This document shows positions 43,508-57,894 of a stretch of 64,000 bases of DNA, one piece after another. Origin of the DNA: Octopus vulgaris (taxonomy: Eukaryota). Every line of letters starts with the position of its first letter. Within the stretch, counting starts at the first letter, position 1. The notes below the pieces were generated by a model, which worked only from the letters and a program-made list of their open reading frames with translations, was not told the origin of the DNA and did no database searches. Location of the stretch: the NCBI GenBank assembly GCA_951406725.2, contig OX597832.1, positions 32,550,001 to 32,614,000 of the forward strand, given 5' to 3'. Position numbers and translations under genes: made by a program.

Positions 43508-44022
43508 CATACATACATAGAAACACACATATATATAGGCAAACACGCGCGCACACAACACACATACTTACATATATCCAATATGTTTAATTTACTTGGC
43601 TACACACACAGTGATATAATGTACTTAAACAAAAATAACGTTGTGGTTAAATGCAGGAGATGTTTGGAACTGTATGTATGTTTTTTTTTTCTTTTTATTC
43701 ACACTTACATATTTTCACTAATTAAATGTCTAATATATTTTGGGAAATACATCAAGTGTCGTACATAGACACATGAGAGAAATATGTCGACAGATATGGA
43801 AAAATATTGACAGCAGCTACATGTACGACCATCATATTGGAAGCAACTCTATCAAATAGAACATGGCTGATAAAAAGAAGTGAATTCGCTTCAAAGTCAC
43901 GTGTGCTGCGTGTTTTTTCGTTTATTTAATAAGAAAAGGCAACGTATAGAAATAGTAAAGACAAATAAACAATCAATAATGTGTATTTGCAAAGTATTTT
44001 TGGACATTAATAAGTTTATTTT

Positions 44023-44023
<1 letters not shown>

Positions 44024-44098
<75 letters not shown>
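44024..44098. repeat. (CTA)n microsatellite
   Basis: Direct inspection. Confidence 0.95.
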
Positions 44099-44099
<1 letters not shown>

Positions 44100-44202
44100 T
44101 AACTGCTTTTATTTCTACCTCTAGCATCAAATTATATTTGTGTGTTTAGTTTCAGTCCATGGCTTGGACACTTATACACACGCACATACATACATACAAA
44201 CA

Positions 44203-44511
44203 TTTTTTTTCGCCCTTTTCAAACCTAGCCAAACTCATGGGCCCGGTTTCCCGGTTTCTTTCGAGTATGTGTTCCCCCTAGTTGGACGGGACGCCAGTCC
44301 ATCGCAGCGTTACTCAAGAAACGGGAAGAGAGAGTGAGAGAAAGTTGTGGCGAAAGAGCACAACAGGGGTCACAGCCACCCCCTGCCGGAGCCTCCTGGA
44401 GCTTGTAGGTGTTTTCACTCAATAATCACACACAACGCCTGGTCTGGGAATCGAAACCGCGATCCTCCGACCGCGAGTCCGCTGCCGTAACCACTGGGCC
44501 ATTGCGCTTCC
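44203..44511 (-). mobile_element. Full-length tRNA-derived SINE family C
   Basis: Minus-strand head GGAAGCGCAATGGCCCAGTGGTTA (A box)...GGTTTCGATTCC (B box), about 300 bp long, A-rich end. The 3' third is shared with 58968-59055. Confidence 0.85.
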
Positions 44512-44572
44512 ACACATACACACATACATACATACATACATACATACATACATACATACATACATACATACA

Positions 44573-44617
<45 letters not shown>

Positions 44618-45659
44618 ACTTACAAGGTGAGCAAGTTGTTTCTTTGTTTTCCTGTCCGTCTTTGTATCGTCTGTCTGGATGTTTTATTGTCGTCTGTTGC
44701 ATTCTTGTTCCATTTTGGGGTGGGACCGCCTTAAAGCATTGGAACTCTATTGTCTCCAGCGCCACCGTAAGAGACACCTCATCTGCACGATGTATAGAAT
44801 AAGCAACCAGCGTTGTCCAAACGATCTCAACATTAGTTTCAAAATTGATCCAAGGCTAGGACCACGGGCCATACGTTCCCTACCCTTTTTGACATTTTTC
44901 CGACATAGACCGAGGTGGAAAAGGACCCCATTACCTTTAAACGGAAGCTGGTCAAATTTCTTCAATAAATCCTAGATAAGCCTCCTATAACACTCAACAG
45001 GAAGTCCCTACTCAAATGGGCCGTGATACCACAAAACCTGACTTAAAAAGGATTTAGATAATCCTTTCAGGTGGTGCTATTAAGTTAGACATGGCCTGGA
45101 CCAATCTTTGGTCGAAACATATCTAAGTTTATCTAATTTTATACACCCAGCCGACACACACACAACACACACATACATGTACATACATCTGTATGCGTGA
45201 TTACACATCTATGCACACATACCCACACACACATATAATGCGTGAGTGATTGTTTGTGTGTATGTGTTGATTAATGTATACAGTATTAAGACAAAAGCTA
45301 CTAATGATTTCTTGCCTTTGAGTCACGTGGTTAGTCAAGTTTGATAACGTGACCTACGTTTCTAAGCAATCCCTAAGCTCTGAGCACATATTTTCCATTT
45401 TGTGATAAGTGGCAAGATATAGTTTCTTGCTTGAATCCTGTACTCGCGACGCCTGGAATAATACGCAGATCATACACACATATAGAGTTAGATGGATAGA
45501 TAGATAGTTAGATAGACAGACATATGGGTAGATAGATAAATAGGAAGATAGATAGATAGATAAATAGACACACATAAAGATAGATAAATAGATAGATAGG
45601 CAGACAGACAGATAGATAGATAGATAGATAAATAGATAGATGAATGGATATATATTCAA

Positions 45660-45664
<5 letters not shown>

Positions 45665-45753
<89 letters not shown>
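45665..45753. repeat. Perfect (TA)n tract
   Basis: Direct inspection. Confidence 0.95.
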
Positions 45754-45756
<3 letters not shown>

Positions 45757-46789
45757 TATGTCTCTATATAAGTACACGCAAATACTTATGCGTATGTAGG
45801 TAGACAGGCAGCAGACAAACAGACAGATAGATAGACAGATATATGTATAGATGTGTATATCCAATTCCACATGTCTATATAGATTTATATGTATATACAT
45901 ATACGTAAATGAATCTATGCACGTTGAATTAAAACGGGGTGATTATTCCGGAGAATCTTAATCTAGAAATTCATTAGAAAACAAATAACCAAATACAAAC
46001 GCAAACATCAAAAAACAACCCAAGCCTTTTATATAATTAAAATGTTTGCAGTGTACAAAACATAATAGTTTTCGAAGACGTATGAATATTGCAGTATGGG
46101 TTTTATAATTGAGGAAGTGCAAATACCTCTCCTATATATATGTTTCGTTTGTTTTCCTTTTCTTGATAGACAATCATTACATTTAGAAGAATAATGCCGT
46201 CATCTTATTCCGAAAGGCGCCATTTTCTCTTTATTTTTTTGCCTCCTGAATAAAAGAATGTTCTGTTGACGTTTATTCAATTTCCTCAACGCGCTTTTAA
46301 CATTACAATTATTTGCATTGTGTGCCTGCTTAGAATATTTTAAATTCTCCTATTAACAACGCAAATATTATTAACCCTTTTGTTTTTTGTGAACATTTTT
46401 GATTTTGCTATTATAATTCACACAAATTTTCCCCTTGTGCTTTTTTTTAATATTTTATTTCCCCGCCTTTTTGAAGACTCCCTGTGTTCGATTATTTGTG
46501 TTTAGATTATGAAATTTAGCTCTTTTAACTTTTGTTTCTTTTCTTTCTATATCTTCGGGGTTATTTTCTATATTTTTCGGGTTTTTTTATATATTTTTCG
46601 CGCACGAAATGCATCATCGTGTGGCATATTTAATAAACAGTGCAAATAACCGAAAAGAGTTAATAAAAATACAAAAAGAACATACAGAAAGCGAACCAAA
46701 CAAAATTCATGGGAAAAAGAAAAACGAAATGAAAGAAATAAAATAAATTTATGCAACAAGATTGCTTTTAATTCAATTCGCGTAGATTC

Positions 46790-46888
46790 CTGATTGGCGA
46801 AATTAGAGTTCAATAAAGAACATTTTCCCAAACGGATCTATTTAACCCTTCAACAGGCAATTGGTTTCCAAGTGGTCGCTGATTGGTT
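46790..46888. promoter_or_regulatory. Cluster of CCAAT-box-like motifs
   Basis: CTGATTGGCG (46790), ATTGG (46860) and CTGATTGGTT (46879) within 100 bp of non-repetitive DNA. Confidence 0.25.
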
Positions 46889-47071
46889 TCGCACACCTAT
46901 GTGTCTGTCTCGCTATATCTTTCACTCTATGAAAGCATCTATGTTTGAATGAATGCATACCTATAGATATATTTATTTTAGTTGACTATTGCCATGCTGG
47001 AGCAACATCTTTAGTCGAACAAATCGACCCCACGACTTGTTCTCTCTAAGCTTAGTACCTATTCTATCGTT

Positions 47072-47350
47072 AACATTGAAGAAACAGCACAGAAGAATGA
47101 GGCTAGTTGGACACTGCATCAGACACACCGATGAAATTGCTAATAATCTAGGGCTCTGGCAGCCAACAGAAAGAAGAACCAAGAGAGGAAGGGCGAAGAC
47201 GACCTATATCGACAACTTGCGAGGGGATACTAGTTATGGAAGGGTTATAGGAGCTGAGGACCATTATGGAAGCTCGATATGAATGGGGAAAGCGTGTGGG
47301 AACAATCTTCGGGCGTTCTATGGGACGGACTATGTGAGATAGATGACATG

Positions 47351-47352
<2 letters not shown>
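47072..47352 (+). mobile_element. RTE/RTE-X-like LINE 3' fragment
   Basis: RRMRLVGHCIRHTDEIANNLGLWQPTERRTKRGRAKTTYIDNLRGDT matches the RTE C-terminal 'R+R..GH..R....L.W.P.G.R.RGR...+.D' motif. It abuts a truncated SINE at 46975-47070. Confidence 0.8.
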
Positions 47353-47406
<54 letters not shown>

Positions 47407-50400
47407 GTATATCATGGCCCGTGTTTTCGGAGGAGATGATTGCATTGTTCCCAGAGTTCAACTTGTACTTGTTTCAACGTCCCCGAAAGGATCAAGTCCA
47501 GTGGGATTTGAACTCAGGACGGGCACACGGACGAAATATCGCTAAGCATTTTCACCGGAATGATAACAACTCTGGGACCTCACCTTACACCCCACCACAC
47601 ATACGCATATATATTCCGGAACAATCCGCCACCTTACACATTAACATTTAAATATTAATATTTTGTGAAATTTCCTGAATATCTTTGTAAATCTTAACAA
47701 CATATTTCGTTCCTCTCCAAATCTGTTTGTGTTTAGTTCAGATGCGACCGAACCCCATTCTCAAAGAATACATTTTGTAGATGACATAATAGGAATAATA
47801 TCAACAGAAAATCTCGAATATTAAATTCCAAATAATGTTGGACACGTGTTCCTTGATCCTCCTTTATTGAATATATTGCAAATATAACCTTTAGACTATG
47901 AGACGAGAGAAAATTAATTTCTTGGCAAATAATTAGGTTTTCTTCTGTCGGTTCCGTTTGTCTTTGAAGCGAGCTGCAAACCTCCAGCTCAATGTTGTCC
48001 TTCAGACTTTCACGCAGGAACATCTTGTATACGTTGCTCAAGTATCGAATAAAATATATACTTCCGATGCTGAAGGAAATTTCTTTCTATTTCTAGCAAG
48101 ACTGCTTTCAGCCTCAAATGTTCTACACTATGTGGTTAGTTTCACCGTAGCTCGGTAGGTGGCGTGACATGCTCATAATCCATATAATGCATGTGATTTA
48201 TTTTAGACTATAATAGATATCTCATCTCTATTGGTATTCTACCTCTCTCTTTCCCTCTCTCTTGTTCTCTTTCCTCTTTCTGTCTCTTCAATATAATTGT
48301 TGACATAAATGTGTCGAACAGGGAACGTTATTTGTTTGGAAGGATTTAGCTGATAGCTATTATATGAACATGGAATATTAAAAATAAATCGTGTTTGGAA
48401 GCATTCTTCCGACTCTGTTGTTCGACAAACATTTCCTTTCAATATATAAAATATAGGCTTTAATATAATACTCTGTATAAAAGACTAGAGATTTTTAATA
48501 TCTTTGTTATCACGTATATTCGTTCGTTCCTGCCACCAAACATATTACCCGTTCTCTTAATATTCAGCAAAACATGTATTTGCTAATTCAACTAGTTGGG
48601 GGAATAGACAAACAAAATATCTCCTTGTAAAATCGAGAAACGGGTTTGTCTTTTGTTTGTTTTACAGAACAGAAGCGGCAGCTATGCTGATATTTATTAA
48701 CCACACGCGAGGTCCATTAAAATATAATATGGAGAAGCTGTTACGAGGCGGATAGGAACAGAAAGTGACAACTTCACTGAAAACGAATAGTTAAATCGCT
48801 GTTAATATACATAATGTAGTGAGCTAATAATTTTTAATTAATTACGATGACACGTGTAGAATGGAGAAAAATAATTAGCTTAATGATTATTCACTCTGGT
48901 CATGACAGGCGAAGGAGCAAACGGGATAATCTTGAAATTAAATTTAAATGAAATTGCAATGAAAATATAATGCGAGAATGAAGACGGTATCAGTTTGAAT
49001 ATTCAATAGCCAAGGAAGAGATCAATCCTCACTGCGTGCTAAGATGCCATATTAAAGTTTAATTAAATATATTTCCTTGACCCACGGCATAAAATATATA
49101 GGACAAACTGTACAAGATATAAATTATTAGTCCTGTTCTATATCAATGCTAAATGAAGAGTTAGTAATTGCTTATGACTGAGATAGAAAGTCATTAGTTT
49201 CATAATAAATGGATATGTTGACACCTTAGATCAGAATACTTCAATGTTACATTCTGTTATTGGAGTGGGAAGGCTGAATAGCAGGGTTTACATCGGCGTG
49301 AGTTGAACTTACAATGCAAGGAGTTAGAAAAGAATTCACCCTTAACGATTCTGCAAGCTCGCATCCCTGAATTACTAATATCTACAAAACAGTTATGAAA
49401 ACAACCCCCTACATATCTTCTTCCAACAAAGTATCACCTTATTTAGCATAGCCATTCAAAAGTTGTCCTGGAATTCTACGATATGTTTGGGGATTCATTT
49501 TGCATAATCTTCACCGAAACGAAAGATATTGCGTGAAATATCATAGGTAGTAACGTGGCTAATTCGCATATTAGTAACCGCTTCATCAATAGAAACCTGC
49601 TTGCTCTACAGAGCAATAAAGCAGGATCTCTTTATGCTGCCATCAGGAAAAGACCACATAATTTTGTCTATGTGTATCAACAGTTGCAACATTATAAGAT
49701 TTTGTCAATGTATTTGTAGGCAGAAAGAAATTGTCTTTAAAATATCCTGAAATCCTTCCCTGCATAATTAGTTGATAAAGCTTCACTATGCAGAAATTTC
49801 ATTCGTGAGCTCTGATCTTCTTTGTATACATATAAATGAAGAACCAACAGAAAGTTAAAGATGAAAGTTTTATAGAGAGAATTATAAGCTTTCACTGTAT
49901 ATTAAATATAAATATAATCTAATACTAGGACACATAAATCCTCGACAGAAAGAAATTGGCATTAGAAGGCGAAGGAAACGCACGCCTTAATATTAGACTA
50001 TTTCTCTCGTCAATATACAGTGAAAGACTATAATTCTATTTAATGTATATGTGTATATAGGCGCAAGAGTGGCTGTGTAGCAAGAAGCTTGCTTCCGCGC
50101 ATGCGTCGGCTTATTTGCTGTCTGGATTTTGTAAGACTCGGACGTAGTTTTTTGTGTTGCTTGGAAGATATACTCAGACATTGACGGGTCTGAGTTGTCG
50201 TCGGAGGAGGAAGAGCTGGTAAGGGCAGTTATGAAGATGGACGGAGTGTTGAAGACAAGGTGTTATATATATATATATATATGAGACGATAGTTTGTTGT
50301 AACTTGCCAAAATATCATTTGATTCTGTGACTCGCATTTCTTAGTAAAACGCAGGTATTAACGAACTGAGACGTCTTCAAAGTGTGCTTGAACCCCTGTT

Positions 50401-50648
50401 GTAGAGTACCTGAAATTCTACGTCCTTCTCTATGCATCGTATCAGCAGCATCGCAAATAGTGTTAGTTTGATGGTTCGATATAATGGAAGTCGAATTAGG
50501 AGCTGGAGTATGACGGAACGAGAGATAAAGAGGGGGTGGAGATGACGATGAATTAGATAAAAGCAGAGAGCAAGGAATTGGGTGAGAAATCAGAGGGAGG
50601 GTAAGGAAGCGGAATGGGATAAAGATGGATTAGTATAGTACAGGTCAA

Positions 50649-50681
<33 letters not shown>

Positions 50682-50963
50682 CGGAGAGTGAGAGAGAAAG
50701 GTGAATAAAGAAAGTGAGAAAGAGAGGGGAAGAGATAAAGATAAGAATTTATTCAGAGAAAGTAAGGCACTGAGAAGCAGTGAAATCAATCATAGAACAA
50801 TGAGAGGGAGACAAAGAGAAAGTAGGAGGGCAGGAGGTACAGAAAGAAGGGAGTGATAGTAGGAGAGAGAGAGGCACGAAGAAACTGATAGAGGGAAGGA
50901 GGAGAGGTCGTTTAGATAAAGAGAGAGAGGAAGAAAAACAGAAAGTTATCTATCTATCTATCG

Positions 50964-50995
<32 letters not shown>

Positions 50996-51581
50996 CTCTC
51001 TATAAATATATATAGGGAGAAAGAGTGAGAGGCAGGGAAAGATACACAGAACGAGAGAGAGAAAGTGAGTGTAGAATGAGAGGAAGAAGTATAAAGACAA
51101 CAATAGTGTATGCACACACACACACAGGCAAACACACGTATATATATATGTCTATACTTGCATGCAAATGTACATATATGTGTGCGTACGTGCGTGTGCG
51201 AGTGGGTGTGCAGAAATGTGGTGATAGAGAGGATGCAGTGTTAAGAAAAGAGAAGAAGAGAAATAAATATTTGATTGATTAATAAAGAGAGTGGGGGGGA
51301 CGCGAGTATAAAAACGACGGATTGATTGGTTTTCACTATTTTAGACTCATCAATACATAACACAGTTATAATTATTTACCATGATATCAGATTAACATCA
51401 GTAAAAGCAATTCCTGAATCAAATCACATTTTCATTTATACGTTTTACCAAAAAGAAAAAAAGAAATCTGTTTTTATTCTAAAAAAAATTTTTGTTCGCT
51501 TTTACTCTTTAAGCAATTCGTCTTGTATTATTCACTGCTTTTGTCGTTTTATTTCATTTATTATCATTATTATTATCATCG

Positions 51582-51628
<47 letters not shown>

Positions 51629-51789
51629 TAGATATTTACAATACAATGTAATATAGATTTATCTAATAATCAATAAGAAATATACATAGATTAATGATAC
51701 AACAGCAATAAATGATTAATTATAAACAAAAGAAAATGAGTAAAGAAAAAAAAACATCAGTGGCAATGATGATGATGATGATGAAAACG

Positions 51790-51973
<184 letters not shown>

Positions 51974-52140
51974 TTGCTGGTATCGAGATATTAATTAGTA
52001 ATGTGATATGCAGTAATTAAATATTATGTATAGTTAGTTGTATAGCTGTTAGCTTTTGCTAACCGTGGAGTTGCTTGGACAAGCATTTATCGACACATGC
52101 AATATATTACATCAATGTTATAATATGGCATATCCTATCA

Positions 52141-52179
<39 letters not shown>

Positions 52180-52680
52180 TTGTATATAAAGAAAGACTGA
52201 GAGATAGATAGATAGATAGATAGATAGATGGATAGATAGATAGATAGATAGATAGATGGTTAGAGGAAGGTGGTACGTTGCTGACGTCAATGAGCTGCTT
52301 ACTCAACATGCCAACAATATATCGATGTAATACGCGATAGCGAGATGATAAGAATATATATTGCAAGCAAATATTGAATTTCGAATTGGAACCTATCAAT
52401 TATCAGGAATTATATTAAACTAATCTCTGGCATTTACAAGAATGTATGGAATTTATATGCAGTTTTACGTTGACTTGTCGATAGTGTGTGCTTGATAAGA
52501 GAGAGATCTGGCTGCTATGTCTGGCAAGAAGCGTAACCATATAACACATTCACATTTACATGCATACTATGCATATTTCTTTATATACGCATAGAAACAC
52601 GGTACAAAAACACACATATGTATATGTGTACATGTATGTATATGTATGCATATATATATATGTGTGTGCGTTTGTGTGTG

Positions 52681-52715
<35 letters not shown>

Positions 52716-52835
52716 GCATGTGTGTGTGTGTGTAGTTTCTGAGTTCAAATGCCGCTGGGATCGACCTTGCCTTTGATTCCTTTCTGTCTTCCCTCAGCCC
52801 CGTGTTTTCTGGCCTTGAGCGAAAGTTTATAATCA

Positions 52836-53200
52836 TTATTACTGCCACGTAAGTGAAGGCGGGGGTATTGTTTTCAGTCATGTTTGGTTGTTTGTCCGCG
52901 GACAAGATGTCTCAAGAACAGCCGGATGGATTCGGATGAAATTTTCAAGGGCTTTTGGACTCGTAACTGGCACGAATTGATTAGATTTTTGCATCAATCT
53001 GGTACCGGAAAAGGATTCCGGATTATTTTCGCTGCTTTTTTGCTTAATTTTTTAGAGCAGTCGGGTTCATTTTTAGTATTCTAGTTTGTGAAACCATTTG
53101 TGTTTATTTCAGATATTCTCATTTTAAAAATCATCTCTGGCTAATCGTTGAGAGGACGTAGGTGTTGTCTTGGCGGAGGTTTGCGCTCTCTGAGTGCTGT
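52836..53200 (+). mobile_element. Non-autonomous Helentron/HINE (DINE-1-like) element
   Basis: 5' TTATTAC..AAGGCGGGGGT degenerate subTIR/palindrome, followed by GTTTGGTTGTTTGTCCG microsatellite-like tract. 3' CTTGGCGGAGG subTIR and terminal stem-loop GCGCTC-TCT-GAGTGC (53183-53197). Confidence 0.65.
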
Positions 53201-53566
53201 TGGTGTTCGTGTCGTAGCAATTAATCTTGCTGTTATTTTTACTGGTGTTCATTATGGTGTCGCTGTCGAAGTTGTTGCTGTTAATGTTGCTGATGAGCTT
53301 GAAATGTCGGCTTCAAACTTTGGTAAAAGGCTAGCAATTTCGAGGAAGGGGTAAATCTATTACATTGATCACGGGACTTATTTCATCGACCCCGAAAGGA
53401 TGTGAGGCAAAGTGAACTCCGGTGTTATTTGAACGGAGAACGCCAAGCCGGAAGAAATGCCTCTAAGCATTTTCTCCGGCGCGGTGACCATTCTGCCAGG
53501 TCGCCGGTTTATGATGGACTTCATAGGGCTGCTCGTTGTTGCTGGGATTAACATCGTTCTTTAAGG

Positions 53567-53760
53567 AAGCGAGCTGGAAGAAACATTAGCGCACCGGGCG
53601 AGATGCTAAGCGGTGTTTCGTCTCTCTTAACCTCCTCTGTTCAAATTCCACCGCGTTCGACTTTGTCATTCATCCTTTCGCGATCGATAAATCAAGTACC
53701 TGCTGCATACTAGGTTTGATCTAATCGACTAGCGCTTAAATTTCGGGCCTTGTGCATAGA
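53567..53760 (+). mobile_element. SINE family B copy; an opposite-orientation copy lies at 53310-53510
   Basis: Same head and TTCATCCTTTCG..TCGATAAAT.AAGTACC core as 56635. Other copies at about 12645-12835, 17520-17690, 52735-52780, 59985-60130, 61313-61525 (+) and 42230-42400, 47420-47580, 54820-54970 (-). Confidence 0.7.
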
Positions 53761-54126
53761 AAATACTATTGTTCTTGTCTTTGTTCTCTTTGGTTTTATC
53801 ATTGTTGTATTTAAAGTAGATGTTGCATTTATTGTCATCGTTGTCTGAGTTAATAGAGTTCTTCATATTGCTGTCATTGTCACTTGTCTTCTCCCCTTCT
53901 TGTCCCTCACTGATGCAATATATACCGGCGTCGTGAAAGAAATACTCCATCTTTTTGGCGTCAGCACGTCATAAAAATTAATATTTCAAAATTTGCCAAT
54001 CAGGAACCTTCAGATTACAAGACAGATCTCTGCTAAAATGTGCGTTTGTGGTTATTGGTATAAATAATTAATAAGTGTAATTACGCAGAATTCTTCTATT
54101 TTATATACATTTCTTTTAAACATACG

Positions 54127-54179
<53 letters not shown>

Positions 54180-54490
54180 TAATTTCAGCAAAAATTTAGA
54201 ATCAGATGAATATGGTACTTAAGTTAAAGGCAGCAGAATTTGGTATGGTATTATCCACATAAATTAAATGGGGTTATTATATACCTGTCTGTCTATATAC
54301 CTACCCTCTTTCTAATATTGGCAAATAGAATAAATATAAAAATGAACATTGTCAATATAATTTTTAAAATTCCATATGTGGCTGAAGAGTGCTCTACATT
54401 TTAAAACTGATGTAATACATTGTTTAATAAAAGAAAGTAGCATGAAGCGATTGTACTACACTACCTGTGAATATCCTTGTTGCTTATTTT

Positions 54491-54545
<55 letters not shown>

Positions 54546-54611
54546 ATATATATGTATGCATGTATATATGCATGTATGTATGCATGTATGTATGCATGTA
54601 TTTACACCCTT

Positions 54612-54674
<63 letters not shown>

Positions 54675-55299
54675 GTGTGTGTGTGTATCAATGATGATTG
54701 TGTATCTGATACACAAAGGAAACAAGTAATCACAATTGTACCTAATGTCAACTACAGAAGACGCCAATAAGTGCTTCTCATGTAGAAAGAAGCCCAAAAA
54801 GTTATATTTAATCGATAACCTCGGCCCCGTACTTTCACCGATATCTCGCTTTATCGACCTTAATGTATGAAATTCAAGCAGTAAACTTCAACGAGATTTG
54901 AACTCATAACCTAAATAAAAAAGGAAAGATAAGCAGCAGAAGACATTTTTATTGACCGTCAAGCGATTCCCCTGCCTAATTTAGTACTTGATTTCTGTCT
55001 AATTAAGCAGCAGGGCTATCAGATATGAAGCCGGGTAATTAATCTATAACATCGGCCCGAATACTTTACTGGTACTTTACTTTATTAGCATCAGCTGGAT
55101 GAGAGATCTGAATGAATTTGAAATTAGTATGGAAAGACCCTGAAAATAAACAACTTTAAAAGTGTTTATGACTTTAGACCAAGGCGAGGAATTGTGAGGG
55201 TAATCGATCTCCGACTTTACTGGTGTCCTATATTATCGTCAGCGGTGGGTATGAAATACAAAATCAAATCCAGCAGGATTTGATTAAATTCACATCATA

Positions 55300-55760
55300 C
55301 ACCATCGGAGTTTCTATCTTGGGCAGATAATCATCGCGTCCCGTATATCTTCCACTGCCATTGGCATTTCACAGAACAGAGCATCTCTGACCGAAAAGTG
55401 TGACATGCCGTCAAGGTGGGAGGTAAAATCCACTCCTGTCACCGACTCAAAGTCATCAAAACTAGGGTCTAGTTCTATACAGTACTGCAGATATTCCGCA
55501 CACATCTTTTCGGATTCGAGTAACATGTACTCGTCACATCCCGTCAAGGACCGAATAGTGGCTTTGTCACCACGTAGCACCTCTACTACCCTAGCACTTG
55601 GAATGGATTTCAATCTTACTGTCAGCACATCAGTCTCTATGACACTCCAAAACACTTCTTTTAGCTTCCTAACAAAATCTCTGTCTATCCCGTATTCCTA
55701 TAACTTTATTTCTTTGCTAAACCATACTGCCTCTACACTAATAGTGATTTTCAGGAGGTT
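55300..55760 (-). mobile_element. Tx1/L1-clade LINE ORF2 fragment (linker between endonuclease and RT)
   Basis: ORF 55314-55655(-) ...KATIRSLTGCDEYMLLESEKMC...FTSHLDGMSHFSVRDALFCEMPMAVEDIRDAMIICPR resembles the L1/Tx1 segment before the 'K.PG.DG' motif. Stops and frameshifts on both sides. Confidence 0.65.
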
Positions 55761-56634
55761 TCTTTCTCGTCATCAATTCAAAATGTAAAACAAACAGATT
55801 CTTTAGAATACATCCCAGATATCGGCGGGCGTGTGTTTGTGTTTATGTGGGTATGTATAAGTGAATGCGTCTTTGAGTGAAGGGAAGATGGAGAGCTGGG
55901 TTGAGTGGTCCTTTCTGCCCATATTTTTGTCGATGTTGGGGGTTACGGTGGTCCTGCTATTGGCGTTGTTGTTCTTGCTGTTGCTGCTGTTACTACTGCT
56001 GCTACTTCCGCTGTCGGTGCTTTGTCACAGATAAAATTTGAACTCAGGACATAAAAAGCCAGAAGAAATATTAATAACAACAATAACAACTAGAACAACA
56101 ACTACTGTAGCACGTGAAGAAAATGAAGTGACAGAAAATAGCATTATTTCCACCAGTGTGATGTTCTAATTATCATTTATATCATCAATAATATTATTTT
56201 TTTATTTAATGTTTTAAATTGGAATTTAATTTAGATCTTTTTTTGTGTTTTACTTCAATTATATCTCCTAACTATTAGAAAAAATGTTATCTTGATCGTA
56301 TAAATTTTTAATTTCTACATAGACGATTAAATATTGAACAGTTCTTTTCAATTTAGATTGCAAATGTTATCTTGTATATTTGTACACATCTGCTCATGTT
56401 ATATACATACATGCTGTTGATAGTTATTGACTTTTCAAACAGAAACAAAAATACAGGCAATGCTCAAAGAAGCAGAGGTAACGGAAATTGAAGAATACAA
56501 TCAAGTTTAGTTTCGATTCTTTGCGGAAATGAATTTACACCAATTACTTCTTGCTTATTTTGAAGAATTTCTTCGTTGCTACCGCCAAAAGGTCATCAGG
56601 TAGTAAGAACTTCCGTACGTTTGTTTTTTCATGA

Positions 56635-57025
56635 CGCAGAATCGTTAGCACGCCAGGCGAGAAGCCTAGTAGTATTTCGTCTGCCCTTACGTTCTGAGTT
56701 CAAATTTCGCCGAGGTCGACTTTGCCTTTCATCCTTTCGAGGTTGATAAAGTAAGTACCAGTTACGCACAGGGGTCAATATAATCGACTTAATCCGTTTG
56801 TCTGTCCTTGTTTGTCCTCTCTGTGTTTAGCCCCTTGTGGGTAGTAAAGAAATAAGTATTTCGTCTGCCGTTACGTTCTGAGTTAAAATTCCGCCGAGGT
56901 CAACTTTGTCTTTCATCCTTTTGGGGTCGATTAAATAAGTGGGGTCGATATAATCGACTTAATCCCTTTGCGTGTCCTTGTTTGTCCTCTCTATATTTAG
57001 CCCCCTATGGACAATAAAGAAATAA
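56635..57025 (+). mobile_element. SINE family B with tandem duplication of body and tail
   Basis: GCAGAATCGTTAGCACGCC...GAGTTCAAAT (B-box-like)...GACTTTGCCTTTCATCCTTTCGAGGTTGATAAA..AGTACC core. The unit 56671-56855 is repeated at 56856-57025. Confidence 0.85.
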
Positions 57026-57804
57026 ATATACACTACATGCCACGTACTGTAGTCGGTTATTTCTTGTTTTTTGCTTCATAATCAGGAAGTTCGTTGAATT
57101 GTGCTTGACTATAACAGTGGAGTCCCATCTCAGGGAAACCTTCTCAGGAAATGTTCTTGTATTGACCGAGGGACTAGCAATACGCTGTGCAGGAAACAAT
57201 ATATCCTTTCATGCGCAGACGTACGGAGCAGTATTTAGTTCGAATTGGAAAAGGAATAATAATGAAAAAAAAACATGAAAATATTATCCACAAAGCAGAA
57301 ACGGTCTCAGGCAAAAACTGTAGCCTATTGTATCGACCAAGACTGATACTTTATTTTATCGATCTTCGTTTGAAGAAAATACAAATTAGCTCTGGACATG
57401 AATTGAGAACAAAAACAAACAATTAAATACGAAAACAGATAGCTATCTGCCTTTTCTGATTGTACAAATCAAATGAAATCTTTTAAGCACATTCACTCTG
57501 TCTTACATCCATATATATATATATATGCATGTGGATGGGTGTACATGTATATTTGTATGTATACTGTATTAGATTATGATATCTGATACGTTTAACTTGA
57601 TCACTTGCTCATTTACCTGTACACATGAAGGAACACATGCATACGCGTACAGAAACACACACACACGCACACGTACATACATGTGTGTGTGCATGTGTAT
57701 GTGTATATATATATATATATATATACATATATATATACACAGATGCATGTGAGTACTAATATATACATATATATCATATATATATATATTATATATACAT
57801 ATAT

Positions 57805-57847
<43 letters not shown>

Positions 57848-57854
57848 CATATAT

Positions 57855-57894
<40 letters not shown>

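Noticed and set aside
44430-44511. tRNA-like sequence with A and B boxes
   Set aside because: It continues into a SINE body and tail and lacks a proper acceptor stem; it is a SINE head, not a tRNA gene.
47733-48041. 102-aa minus-strand ORF (similarly 30614-30904, 32970-33230, 33652-33879)
   Set aside because: No recognisable domains or consistent exon boundaries; lengths are compatible with chance.
56671-57025. Repeat units superficially like a CRISPR or satellite array
   Set aside because: Two ~180-bp SINE-derived units with no repeat-spacer structure, in a eukaryotic context.
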